Notes: generated from the sequence alone by a model not told the origin. A DNA stretch of 64,000 nt from Nitrospirota bacterium (GCA_963788195.1 CAWBGA010000017.1:576001-640000); one strand, 5' to 3'. Shown: positions 46,018-54,987, counted from the first letter of the stretch. Program-made: numbers and translations.

Positions 46018-46519
46018 CCAGGCCACATGGGCATCGATGCTTTTGCGCACCCGTTTCGGCGCCCTAGTGCGGCGCTGCTTCTCGGCAATGAGCATCTCGA
46101 GCAGTTGCCGGCGCCGCGTCAGCAATGCGGCCAATTCCTGCGTGCTCGCCTCTGGCAAAGGGCGGGGCGTCGGCCGTACCCGCTCGGCAAACTCGGCCAG
46201 AATCCCGGCATCCAGCCGATCGGTCTTGGCGAACCGGCCCATGGCTTTGGCAAAGTCGCGCACCTGCCGTGGATTGACGACGACCACCGGGAGCACTGCG
46301 GCGGCCAGCGCGCTCGCCAGACACATTTCCAAGCCGCCGGTGGCTTCGAGCACGACCAGCTGAGGCTGGCTCTGCTGCACGCGTTCCACCAGAGCGGTGA
46401 TGCCGCTGTCACTATGGACCATGCGACATTGTTCCCCGTCGGCCGCACGGCCACATCCAGATGCCCTTGCGAAACATCGATCCCAATAAACACAGGGACA
46501 GCACTCATGGTGCACCTCC
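46018..46519 (-). mobile_element. Internal IS110 fragment (5' half of recombinase gene, no ends)
   Basis: Near-identical to 27231-27733, lying inside a family-A repeat. Confidence 0.8.
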
Positions 46520-46588
46520 ACAGGCGAAGGGGCTCAGGATGACAGGCGAAGGGGCTCAGGATGACAAGCGAAGGGGCTCAGGATAACA
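46520..46588 (-). repeat. Tandem 22-nt family-A stutter x3
   Basis: (CAGGCGAAGGGGCTCAGGATGA)x3 with two substitutions in the third unit. Confidence 0.85.
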
Positions 46589-46664
46589 TGGCGGTGCTCA
46601 TGACTGGCGTGCCCAGACAAGAAGCTGCGAAATTCTGCAACTATCGTTGTCCATGATATCTCGC

Positions 46665-46985
46665 TCAGCCCGCCTTGGCCGTCACATGCAACTTCATTCG
46701 CGTTTTCTTTTGCAGGGCGCTCACGATGCTGAAAAAATTCTCGGTGCTCGGGTTGCCGCGCGGGGCCAACATCCGGTGCAAACTCTTGCTCGGCTTCTTG
46801 ATTTCCGCGGCCAACTCCTCGAAGCCAAGCGTGGCGTTGACGAGGTCGCGCAGCATGGCCTTGCCTGCGGCCGTGTCGCCTCCAAGATAGGCGTTGATTG
46901 CCTCCGTAAAGAGCGCCTCGCGAAAACGCGGGTCACGCTGCACCCGCGCCGCCACCGTGTCCTTGAAATCCCGTGTGAGTGCCAC
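46665..46985 (-). CDS. HTH addiction-module antitoxin
   Basis: ALTRDFKDTV.ARV.RDP.F...KSLHRML.P.GNP. Confidence 0.8.
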   Translation of the reverse strand: MALTRDFKDTVAARVQRDPRFREALFTEAINAYLGGDTAAGKAMLRDLVNATLGFEELAAEIKKPSKSLHRMLAPRGNPSTENFFSIVSALQKKTRMKLHVTAKAG

Positions 46986-47002
46986 CCGACTCCCTTCTGT
47001 GA

Positions 47003-47332
47003 TCACGTACTCTTGCGACGACGATAGGCCGTCCAGCGCTCTTTCGCCGTCTCGATCGCGTGTTGCTGGCGCTGCTTGGTGCTCCCGCCGAGCAAAATGA
47101 CCACGCTGTCACCATCTTCTGCGAAATAGATTCGGTAGCCGGGACCGAAGTCGATTTTTCGCTCGAACACGCCTGAGCCGACGCCCTTCACATTCGAACG
47201 GTTGCCTGCGGCCAGTTGGTACACAGCCGCTGCGACCTTCGCCGCCGCCGGCGCGTTGAGGCTATCGAACCAGGTGCCATACGGGGAACGGCCCTCAGCA
47301 TCGACATATTCGAGAACGCGAACCGCCGCCAT
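47003..47332 (-). CDS. RelE/HigB-like (Gp49) toxin
   Basis: KGVGSGVFE.KIDFGPGYRIYF...ILLGG.TK.RQ; upstream IR ATGGTAAC/GTTACCAT (47338-47359). Confidence 0.9.
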   Translation of the reverse strand: MAAVRVLEYVDAEGRSPYGTWFDSLNAPAAAKVAAAVYQLAAGNRSNVKGVGSGVFERKIDFGPGYRIYFAEDGDSVVILLGGSTKQRQQHAIETAKERWTAYRRRKST

Positions 47333-47352
47333 AAGCTATGGTAACTCCAATG

Positions 47353-47805
47353 TTACCATTCATGCGACAGAGATGCAATGTCCATCACCCCCTGGAGAAT
47401 GGTCACGATGGTGGTTAACGCGCGGCGGCTGCTTAGCACGTTGGCTGCCATGATCGCGCCGTGCTCGGTGAACGCGTAAGGAAGAAACCGAGGGTTGCGG
47501 TGCTTCTGAGAACCGGTCGCAATTTGCGACCGGTTCAGATAATCCGCATGAGAATCAAGGCGTTGCCGGCTTGATGTCGCAAATTGCGATTTCAAGTTGG
47601 CGAACTCAGCGCCCGTCAGTTGGAACGCGAAATCATCGGGGAACCGTTTCCGATTGCGCTTAACCTGTTCGTTGAGTCTCTTGGTGGGGACACCATAAAT
47701 GCGAGCCCAATCACCATCCAGTAGAACCTTCTGACCTCGGATGAAAAAGATGGCTTGCTCGATCTGATCAGTTGGTATGAGGTCCTTCATCACCCGCTTA
47801 GACAC
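47353..47805 (-). pseudogene. ORF6N-domain gene, C-terminally deleted
   Basis: Paralog of 49455-50021 lacking AVQMS...DIHEA and the C-terminus. Confidence 0.75.
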
Positions 47806-47886
47806 GGGCCCCCGATGAACGTTACCTTTGTAGAGTCAGGCGGGTGGCACGTAGCAGGGTCCTGCCGAAGAAAGAAATGGAGTGAT

Positions 47887-47934
47887 AGACCCTTCGCTAC
47901 GCTCAGGGTGACAAGGGGCAAGATGAGGGTGACA
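47887..47934 (-). repeat. Family-A repeat (reverse) with 21-nt stutter
   Basis: AGACCCTTCGCTACGCTCAGGGTGACA...AGGGTGACA. Confidence 0.85.
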
Positions 47935-47984
47935 GGGGAATGGGAGCTCAGTCGCGAGACTTGGATTCATAATGGCTGTGAGGT

Positions 47985-48305
47985 CTAGGCGTGGGCTGCA
48001 ACAAAGACCTTCACGTGGATTCTTTTGGACCGCTCTTCCACCTGAGACGCATCATACTGAAATTGTAGCCGCATCCATCCTTCCGACGTAGCACCAAAGG
48101 CCTTGGCCAGACGAATAGCCATATCCCAAGACAGATCGGCGTTCTCATTCACCAGATTACTCAGTGCAGACCGCGACACACCAAGAATCTTGGCGCCTTC
48201 TGTCACGCTCAACCCATGCGGCTTCAGACAGTCCACACGCACTGAAAAGCCCGGATGGGGAGGATTCTTCATTTTCAAAGCCTTCATTGCATCCTCCAAC
48301 GTCAA
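47985..48305 (-). CDS. higA: HigA antitoxin (start uncertain)
   Basis: MKNPPHPG...L.P.GLSVT..AK.LGVSR..LS.LVN...MAIRL.KAFG....W.RLQ. Confidence 0.9.
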   Translation of the reverse strand: MTLEDAMKALKMKNPPHPGFSVRVDCLKPHGLSVTEGAKILGVSRSALSNLVNENADLSWDMAIRLAKAFGATSEGWMRLQFQYDASQVEERSKRIHVKVFVAAHA

Positions 48306-48580
48306 TGGTAGTCCTCTAAATCCACCGCAAGGGCATATCCCTCTTCAAATCGAAACGTAATGCGCCAGTTTGCTCTCACCGTTACGCCCCACTCCCCTTT
48401 CCGACTTCCTTTCAAGGGGTGAAGTCTGTAGGAATGGACGTTCATATCGTCAATCACCTCCGCTTGATGCAACCGTGCGAGAATTGACCTAATCCGATCC
48501 ACCATGTCGGGCGGCAGCTTCCGGGGATCATCCTCCTCAAAAAATCTTTTCAGTCCGCGATGCCTGAAGCTCGCTATCAC
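48302..48580 (-). CDS. higB: HigB toxin
   Basis: MIASFRHRGLKRFF...LHPLKG.RKG.W.VTV.ANWRITFRF; TTGACA-17-TACAGT promoter implies a leaderless start. Confidence 0.9.
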   Translation of the reverse strand: MIASFRHRGLKRFFEEDDPRKLPPDMVDRIRSILARLHQAEVIDDMNVHSYRLHPLKGSRKGEWGVTVRANWRITFRFEEGYALAVDLEDYH

Positions 48581-48697
48581 ATTTTCACTGTAGCGTGTAG
48601 CGCGTCACTTGTCAAATTGCTTTATCCACGCCTTTTTATGGGCCACTTGTGCTCGTACCAGTGCCTCACCTAGCCGGGAAAGGTGGCAAGGGTTGCT

Positions 48698-48746
48698 AGA
48701 TCCTTCGCTTTGCTCAGGATGACCAAGAAAAGACCTCCGGATGACA
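48698..48746 (-). repeat. Family-A repeat (reverse) with stutter
   Basis: AGATCCTTCGCTTTGCTCAGGATGAC...GGATGACA. Confidence 0.85.
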
Positions 48747-48811
48747 ACGAAGTCGTCTGGATTCAAGAAAAGTCTCGAAACGGCCGATGATGGAGTAAAA
48801 AGGCACTAGAA

Positions 48812-49339
48812 ATGCTTAACGAACGTCATTACGGGCCACCTGCTGTGGTTTGGCGGCCGACGCGATTATCCCAATCTCAACCGCCTACGGCCGTTTCATT
48901 GAAGCCTGTAATATACGGACTTGCTGTTTTTCTTGTCATCTTGGCCGCAGGTTCGTATCTAAAAGCGCAGGCACCCAAACTAAGCATAGTCCTTTTACCT
49001 CAAGCGAATTCCAGTGTACGAGTGAACGTGCCAAAGATCATCGAGTATAAATCTGAATTGCCTGCCCATTCATTACAGAAGTGGCCCCTCCCGATGTCGA
49101 AGCGAGCGACCATCACGTGGCATTTAGAGGCGGCTGCTCCGGTACGCCTACTCGTGTTTCAAACCCCCAATGATGCAGCCAAGTACCTTGCCCATCAGCC
49201 GTACACTACCTACAACTGCTCTGAACAGCACATACGACTGTCAGACAGCATGTGTACGGTCGACCCGCAGGCAATGTTAGCTCTCGAGAACCCTACCGAT
49301 GCCGACGTGAAGATTGCTCTCTCTGTCACATCTCCATAA
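48812..49339 (+). CDS. Hypothetical membrane-anchored protein
   Basis: 175-aa ORF with one hydrophobic helix. Confidence 0.5.
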   Translation: MLNERHYGPPAVVWRPTRLSQSQPPTAVSLKPVIYGLAVFLVILAAGSYLKAQAPKLSIVLLPQANSSVRVNVPKIIEYKSELPAHSLQKWPLPMSKRATITWHLEAAAPVRLLVFQTPNDAAKYLAHQPYTTYNCSEQHIRLSDSMCTVDPQAMLALENPTDADVKIALSVTSP

Positions 49340-49454
49340 GAAATAATAGGGCGCCGAAGATCCATTGCGCCCAGAGTGTGATCAAGGTGCTAGCGGCAAG
49401 CAAGCTCAGGGTGACATGAGCGAGAGAAATCTTGAGCCGCTAGGATGAAGAGGG

Positions 49455-50021
49455 TCAGACCCCGGCGCGGAAGCCGACCCGGTGGCGTTTTGGTGGCGGA
49501 GGGGCCGGCGGGGGATCGAAGATGTCCATCACCCGTTGGAGAATAGTCACAATAGTTGCTTCGTGAATGTCGAGTCGCCCTTTCAGCTCCTTCTCGAGAG
49601 CGGCCAGCTTGCGGGCCAAGTCTCGCGTATCGGTTAAAACGCTCCGCATCTTCACAAAGGCCCTTACGACAAACACGCTCATTTGCACGGCGCGACGGCT
49701 GTTGAGGACATTGGCAGCCATGATGGCGCCATGTTCTGTGAAGGCATAAGGAAAGTACTTGATGTTCTGGCCACGCTCCAAGGTCGCAAATTGCGACCTT
49801 GATCGCCTCCACCTGTCGGTCTCTTCCACAGTGAGTTGAAACATGAAATCTTCGGGGAACCGCTCGCGATTGCGCTTGACCTGTTCGTTGAGTCTCTTGG
49901 TCGTAACCCCGTAAAGCCGAGCAAGGTCCGCGTCCAGCATGACCTTATGGCCTCGGATGACGACGATGGCTCGCTCAATCTGCTCAGTGGCGATGAGGTC
50001 CTGCATCACCCGCTTAGACAC
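49455..50021 (-). CDS. ORF6N-domain DNA-binding protein
   Basis: IRGHKVMLDADLARLYGVTTKRLNEQVKRN.ERFPEDFMFQLT...PYAFTEHG. Confidence 0.9.
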   Translation of the reverse strand: MSKRVMQDLIATEQIERAIVVIRGHKVMLDADLARLYGVTTKRLNEQVKRNRERFPEDFMFQLTVEETDRWRRSRSQFATLERGQNIKYFPYAFTEHGAIMAANVLNSRRAVQMSVFVVRAFVKMRSVLTDTRDLARKLAALEKELKGRLDIHEATIVTILQRVMDIFDPPPAPPPPKRHRVGFRAGV

Positions 50022-50108
50022 GGGCCCCCTATGAACGTTACCTTTGTAGAGTCAGGGGGTCGTCTGTCGCACTTCGCTGGTTAAGACTCCGTCCCGATGC
50101 AACTGGCT

Positions 50109-50315
50109 CTACAAATCTTTCAGTAATTTTCTTGCCGTCTCGAATTTTGACTTCACGGCCGCAGCTTCTTTGGGATGCTCGCAAGTTATCTTGCCTTGCT
50201 CCCATAACCATACCAATTCCAGAAGCATCAGCCGCAGTTGATCCGCCTTGTACTGGGCTCTGTCACGAGCGGACTCTAAATTGAATCGAATTGCATTCTC
50301 TTGAGTGGTATTCAT
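50109..50315 (-). CDS. Small hypothetical protein
   Basis: AGAGGA RBS, 68 aa. Confidence 0.5.
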   Translation of the reverse strand: MNTTQENAIRFNLESARDRAQYKADQLRLMLLELVWLWEQGKITCEHPKEAAAVKSKFETARKLLKDL

Positions 50316-50342
50316 CGCATCCTCTCTAGGTGTATCGCGCCA

Positions 50343-50663
50343 TCAATCCTCTGCCCCTTGTACATCCAACCAACGGGCTCCGTGGTGAACAGCCAAGATC
50401 TGTACGGTCTGCGTTGGTTTCAAAAAGCGATAGATGATCCGATAATCACCAATCAGAACTTCCCTCAAGCCGCTTGACGGAAATTCCGGGACGACACGCC
50501 CCGACTCCGGGAACATCCGAAGCCGGCCGACTTTGGCTTTGATGTTGTCAGCGAATGCACGAGCCGCGGATGGATTATCGGCCATAATGTAATGAGTGAT
50601 CTCGAGGAGGCCATCAAGCGCGGGGCGGGTCCAAACGAGCGACGCCCGTCTCGGCTTAGGCAT
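50343..50663 (-). CDS. ParE/RelE toxin
   Basis: W...A...L.EI..YI..DNP.AA...FPESGRVVPE...RE.....YRIIY. Confidence 0.9.
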   Translation of the reverse strand: MPKPRRASLVWTRPALDGLLEITHYIMADNPSAARAFADNIKAKVGRLRMFPESGRVVPEFPSSGLREVLIGDYRIIYRFLKPTQTVQILAVHHGARWLDVQGAED

Positions 50664-50937
50664 TCAGCAGCTTATCCAACTCCGCCATTGCCCGCGTGTG
50701 GGAGACCACGGCGCCCTTCTCTGCGGCGCGAACGCCCTCGAGCACCGCTTCCAGAAGCTCGACCCGCTCGGTCCTGCGCTCATACACCTGGATGTCTTCA
50801 AGCACAGCCGCCGAGCGTCCACGCTGGGTAAGGATTACGGGACGTTTTGTCTTTTGGACCTTGGCAACAATCTCAGCCGTGTGGACCCTAAAGTCACTGA
50901 TCGGCGTGAGATCCTCGGACAACCTAATACGCGCCAT
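50656..50937 (-). CDS. Phd/YefM antitoxin
   Basis: PISDFR...RPVILTQRGRSAAVL; TTGACA-17-TACACT upstream. Confidence 0.9.
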   Translation of the reverse strand: MARIRLSEDLTPISDFRVHTAEIVAKVQKTKRPVILTQRGRSAAVLEDIQVYERRTERVELLEAVLEGVRAAEKGAVVSHTRAMAELDKLLNA

Positions 50938-51129
50938 AGACCGGACCTCACAGTACAGTTAAAAGTACGTTTAGTGTACCTCTTATTAGTGCTTCTGTCA
51001 ATACGCCTATCCAAATGCCCTCAGCGAGGATCAGGCCGTGATGCGACGGCTGCAGAATCGAGGCCCTCACCCTGCGCTCTTCCTCGGAATGGGGCGATGG
51101 TACGTTGGATCTTCGATTTGCTCAAAGGC

Positions 51130-51555
51130 TTAGACGGGGAATTCCGACAGCAGCGCGATGGCTCCTTTCTTCCTGGCCTTCTGATAGTAGCGCCGATCGG
51201 CCGTCACCAATGTGATGTCACGCTGTGTGAGCGCGACGGCGTGATACAGCGTGTCGAACACATGGTGGTCGAGCTCGACCGCCAGCGCACATGCCTGGCG
51301 GTAGATGTCGAGCGTGTTTGTGACGGGGACCTCCATGGCATAGAGAAAGGTTGTGGCCGCCGTGGCGATGTCCGGTTTGAGACGAACGCAGACCGCGGCT
51401 ACCTCTGCCAGCCAGTGAACAGGCTGCACCAAGCTGATGCGGCCGTCCCGAAACCTCTCGCACAAGGCAAGGGCCTGAGAGGTGCCCGGCTCGCTCTCCT
51501 CGTCCTGCAGGATCCACTTCACCAGGACGCTCGCGTCCAGTACGAGGCGGCTCAC
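51130..51555 (-). CDS. vapC: VapC/PIN toxin
   Basis: LVLDASVLVKW...AEV...FDTLYHAVA...LVTAD. Confidence 0.9.
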   Translation of the reverse strand: MSRLVLDASVLVKWILQDEESEPGTSQALALCERFRDGRISLVQPVHWLAEVAAVCVRLKPDIATAATTFLYAMEVPVTNTLDIYRQACALAVELDHHVFDTLYHAVALTQRDITLVTADRRYYQKARKKGAIALLSEFPV

Positions 51556-51785
51556 GGGCGCCCGTACTCCCGCGCGGCGCGGATTTCCGCGTCACTAAAG
51601 CCGAATGTCTTGTTCCGCAACTTCAACAGCCCCTCAATCGCCTTCACCCGGCGCTTCTTTACCTGTTGTTCCTCCACCGCCCGCATCATTAAGCCCGCGA
51701 CGATCTGACTCTTATTCTTGCCGGCAAACGCCTTGTTGAACTTCTGCTTGATCTCTTCCGGCACACTGAAATTGACCGTTGCCAT
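51552..51785 (-). CDS. RHH-like antitoxin
   Basis: MATVNFSVPEEIK; perfect 12-bp-arm palindrome GCATTGTTGAAA-G-TTTCAACAATGC (51795-51819). Confidence 0.85.
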   Translation of the reverse strand: MATVNFSVPEEIKQKFNKAFAGKNKSQIVAGLMMRAVEEQQVKKRRVKAIEGLLKLRNKTFGFSDAEIRAAREYGRP

Positions 51786-51980
51786 GGAACCTCCGCATTG
51801 TTGAAAGTTTCAACAATGCTATTGTCGGCCGGCGTGCCGGCAAAGTCAATGCACAAGCCACTCCGGCTCGGATCGCCCGCTCGTTCCCTTTTGACACCGG
51901 CGCAAGCGTCAAAGTTACCTTAGATGACATGGGAAGGTAACTCAGAGTGACAGGGGATATGCGGAGATGAGCAGACGAGG

Positions 51981-52409
51981 TCAGACGCTCAACTGGAAGG
52001 GATTCGCAATCCGCAGGCCTCCATAGACAGCGCCATCCTGAAAATCTTCGGAGTAGAGGAGAGTCGCTCCGGCGGCGAGCGCTGCTTCCAGAATCAGCGC
52101 ATCCCAAAAGGAGACCTTCGCCTTTCGGCTGCGCTGAATGGCCAACAGAATCAGTGGAGGATCAATCTGGATCACGGGGAATGCGGCGAGATCTTGAACT
52201 GCCTGGAATGCCGCCTCCGGATCAAGAGGGGTCGCCAGCTTCCGTGTCACTGACACGTAGAACTCTTGCAGGACCTGCGTGCTCAGAATCAGCCGTGCCC
52301 GCAAATCCCGGTTTGACAGGAGATTCTGCACGATGCGTTGCTTAGCAGGATCATCCGCGTCAAACAGATAGACCAACACATTCGTGTCCACGAAGACACG
52401 CTCCTTCAT
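51981..52409 (-). CDS. vapC: PIN toxin
   Basis: VFVDTNVLVY...STQVLQEF...SFWDALI...LYSEDFQ. Confidence 0.9.
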   Translation of the reverse strand: MKERVFVDTNVLVYLFDADDPAKQRIVQNLLSNRDLRARLILSTQVLQEFYVSVTRKLATPLDPEAAFQAVQDLAAFPVIQIDPPLILLAIQRSRKAKVSFWDALILEAALAAGATLLYSEDFQDGAVYGGLRIANPFQLSV

Positions 52410-52636
52410 CGCTCGTGAAGGTCTTCGCGGGTCCACCGGCGCTTGCCCCGCCTGGCCTTGGCGCGGTTGGAGAGCCGAAGCAAGTCATTGATTGCCTTAT
52501 CCCTTTGAGCCTTCATCCCGGCATAGTCAGCCAGATAATCACGCACGACCGCGTTCACGGACGTCCCTTCTTCGAGGGCCCGTATGCGCGCGCGCTTCAG
52601 AGTATCGCTTTCGATGACAAGGGTTAAATTCGCCAT
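52406..52636 (-). CDS. DUF6364-like antitoxin
   Basis: MANLTL.I....LKRARIRA...GTSVNAVVRDYL...WTREDLHER. Confidence 0.85.
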   Translation of the reverse strand: MANLTLVIESDTLKRARIRALEEGTSVNAVVRDYLADYAGMKAQRDKAINDLLRLSNRAKARRGKRRWTREDLHER

Positions 52637-52728
52637 GCCGAACGCCTCCTGTTACACGGGATCAGTGTAGCACAGGAAGTCTGCCAAGGAAAAGTCTCTC
52701 CAAATGTGACGAGGTGCTAGGCGCGGCT

Positions 52729-53142
52729 TCACTCCAAGCTTTTCAGGAGGGCCTTCGGCAACGGACCGTCGAAGTCGCGGCAGATCTTCAATTTCCCGCG
52801 AGCGCTTCCTGGAGATCGACGCGACAGGTGGTCGCTGCGAATCGCCTTGGCGAGATCCGCGGCGCTCGTTCCGGGCACAAGCAAGGAACTGACCAGTAGA
52901 TCCATTGAGACGGACGGATCGCCGGCTTCCATTTTGGCGACTCGGGACTGGCTGGAGCGCAGACGCTTGGCCAGCTCGACTTGAGACACCCTCCGCCCTT
53001 GTCGGCGCTCGCGCAGGCTGCGGCTCAAACGCAACTTCATCTCGATGAGCGCCGCATCGGCATCTGATAGACGTAGAAAATCCTGCACCGATCCAATGGC
53101 CCATCCGGCCGCTCTGAGTTTCTCGCGCTTGCTCTTTTTCAT
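52729..53142 (-). CDS. XRE HTH antitoxin with chimeric Phd-derived C-terminus
   Basis: SQVELAKRL.SSQSRVAKME.GD; last 33 aa match the tail of ORF 42198-42425. Confidence 0.8.
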   Translation of the reverse strand: MKKSKREKLRAAGWAIGSVQDFLRLSDADAALIEMKLRLSRSLRERRQGRRVSQVELAKRLRSSQSRVAKMEAGDPSVSMDLLVSSLLVPGTSAADLAKAIRSDHLSRRSPGSARGKLKICRDFDGPLPKALLKSLE

Positions 53143-53255
53143 TCTTCAACCTCTCGTTCGGCTGTCAGGCGGTCGTAGTTGCGCAGGCGGCGTTTGCAAG
53201 CTTCGATGATCATCTTGGGGGTCCGTCTCGGTCTACTGCTGAAAGCCTCCATGAT
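53139..53255 (-). pseudogene. RelE/Gp49-like toxin 3' stub
   Basis: EAFS...RRTPKMIIEACKRRLRNYD...*; ATGA overlap with the antitoxin; 5' part missing. Confidence 0.7.
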
Positions 53256-53280
53256 CTCTGGGGATCCGGTGTTGCGAGGG

Positions 53281-53550
53281 CTAGCGTCGCTTGGAGCCTT
53301 GGGCGCTGCCTGTCCCCATGCGCTTGCGCATGTCGGCCATCGTTATGGTGGACTGCTTGCGGCGCTTTTCGATCAGGCGCCAGAACCGGGCATTCGCGTC
53401 AAGGACAACAGTTTCCCAGTCCGTACCCTCGACACCGACCAGCACTGCCGCCGGCTTGCCGTGCCGGGTGATCACGACGCGGTCCGTTTGCGAAGCATTC
53501 ACACACTCTCGGACTTTCTTTTGGAGGTCACGGACCGTTATGGTCTTCAT
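53281..53550 (-). CDS. Phd/YefM antitoxin
   Basis: MKTITVRDLQ...RVVITRHGKPAAVLVG. Confidence 0.9.
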   Translation of the reverse strand: MKTITVRDLQKKVRECVNASQTDRVVITRHGKPAAVLVGVEGTDWETVVLDANARFWRLIEKRRKQSTITMADMRKRMGTGSAQGSKRR

Positions 53551-53846
53551 AAGATTTCCTCGGTGGTCTTTCCGGGCAGCTTCTTTCGAATCGCTCGGAT
53601 GTGCACAACTCGACTGGCCTCATCAACGTCATAGAAGATGCGATGATCTCCGCTTCGAAGTTCCCAGACAACAGAAGTCGCTTCCCATGGAGGAAGGAGG
53701 TTGACCAGAAGCTTCCTGTTCCTGCTGGGAGCCGTCGGTTGATGGGTGAGCGACTCCTCAATCTGATCCAGAATCCTGTTCCGATGGAAAGGCCGGATGT
53801 TCCTGAGGTCCTCCTCCACGCCAGCGGAGAACAAGATACGATACAC
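53547..53846 (-). CDS. RelE toxin (toxin-first order)
   Basis: WELRSGDHRIFYDVDE...V.IRAI.KK. Confidence 0.85.
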   Translation of the reverse strand: MYRILFSAGVEEDLRNIRPFHRNRILDQIEESLTHQPTAPSRNRKLLVNLLPPWEATSVVWELRSGDHRIFYDVDEASRVVHIRAIRKKLPGKTTEEIL

Positions 53847-53900
53847 GCCTGCATCATTGCATATGCAAATCTATATGTCAACTTTAGCAAGATAACGGAA

Positions 53901-53983
53901 CCCCTCACCCTGCCTCTCCCTCTCCTTCCCTCATCGAAATGGAGCGAGGGAATGCGAGATCCTTCGGCGAGCTCAGGGTGACA
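53901..53983 (-). repeat. Family-B plus family-A repeats (reverse)
   Basis: CCCCTCACCCTGCCTCTCCC...; AGATCCTTCGGCGAGCTCAGGGTGACA at 53957-53983. Confidence 0.85.
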
Positions 53984-54004
53984 CGGCGGGCTACGGCATA
54001 TCCG

Positions 54005-54427
54005 TCAAGCAGTGTTCTCGACCCAAACCAGCCTTTCCGCCAGCGGTCCGGTCTTGAGTCTGTTATAGAGCTTGAGATCGGCCGTTACGAGCGGACATTC
54101 GGCGTTGACCGCCAGGGCCAAGTACACACTGTCATAGAAGGTTCTGTCGTACCGTTCCGCCAGATCCCAGGCGGCGGTCATCAATGCGCGGGACGCAATG
54201 GTCTGGACCGGGTAACGGTGAAAATCCCGTACTAGGTCGCCGGCTACATGACCGGGAATCTCACGGCGGCGCCACTTTTTCCATACGACGTTGCCGACTT
54301 CTGCCCAAATGAGGTCGGGAGCAAGTAACTCATGATTCGAGCTCAGTACGCGGCGGGCGGCCTCAGCATGGCGTTCCGGCATGAGCCACTTCACTGCCAC
54401 GCTGGCATCCACGACGAGGCGGATCAC
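54005..54427 (-). CDS. vapC: VapC/PIN toxin
   Basis: LVVDASVAVKW...AEVGNV...YDSVYLALA...LVTAD. Confidence 0.9.
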   Translation of the reverse strand: MIRLVVDASVAVKWLMPERHAEAARRVLSSNHELLAPDLIWAEVGNVVWKKWRRREIPGHVAGDLVRDFHRYPVQTIASRALMTAAWDLAERYDRTFYDSVYLALAVNAECPLVTADLKLYNRLKTGPLAERLVWVENTA

Positions 54428-54654
54428 CGCTCCCGATCCTCACGGATCAATTTCGCGCTATCACTGAACTTGCGACCCTTGAGGCGTTTGTGCCAGTTCT
54501 CTGATACCGCTCTGGCCTCCCTCATAGTCATGGGCACGGTTTCTTCCAGAATGGCCTTGACCTCTCGCTGCAAGGATCGCCCGTGCTGCCTGGCGCTCAG
54601 TTTAAGCCGCTCGATGGTATGGGATTCCAAATCTCTGACCAGTATGTCGGGCAT
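54424..54654 (-). CDS. FitA-like RHH antitoxin
   Basis: MPDILVRDL....IERLK..A.QHGRSLQ.EVK.IL; operator-like AGTGATATCA-AAA-TGATATCACT (54671-54693). Confidence 0.85.
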   Translation of the reverse strand: MPDILVRDLESHTIERLKLSARQHGRSLQREVKAILEETVPMTMREARAVSENWHKRLKGRKFSDSAKLIREDRER

Positions 54655-54895
54655 GGGTCCATCCCTTTGTAGTGATATCAAAATGATATCACTCTTCCAC
54701 ACCCAAGACAAGCTGAAGTGCGGTAGCTCTTCTGACACACAATCCGAGCTCGATGTGACTTTTGGGGAACCCCAGCGGCTGGCGCGGGGCCGGCTCTCAC
54801 ACCATTGAATCAGATTTTGACACGCTGCACGAGCCGAAGAATTATCTCTCACTGTCACCTCTCCTGACATGGGATACAATATCGAATAAGCGGGT

Positions 54896-54964
54896 AGACC
54901 CTTCGGCCAGCTCAGGGTGACAAGGTTGTGGCTCAGGGTGACACGGGTAAGGTTCAGGGTGACC
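54896..54964 (-). repeat. Family-A repeat (reverse) with two 21-nt stutters
   Basis: TCAGGGTGAC at 54912, 54933 and 54954. Confidence 0.85.
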
Positions 54965-54987
54965 AGTTGCTTCTTTTTCGCCGAGGC

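Noticed and set aside
46520..46588. CRISPR-like mini arrays (also 54896-54964 and 15967-16060)
   Set aside because: Period is only 20-22 nt, spacers are ~10 nt or identical, and there are no cas genes.
47353..50021. Prophage or DGR template/variable repeat pair suggested by ORF6N duplicates
   Set aside because: No phage structural genes or reverse transcriptase, and differences include deletions and are not adenine-specific.
50596..51708. 370-aa plus-strand ORF
   Set aside because: Antisense to four recognisable TA genes.
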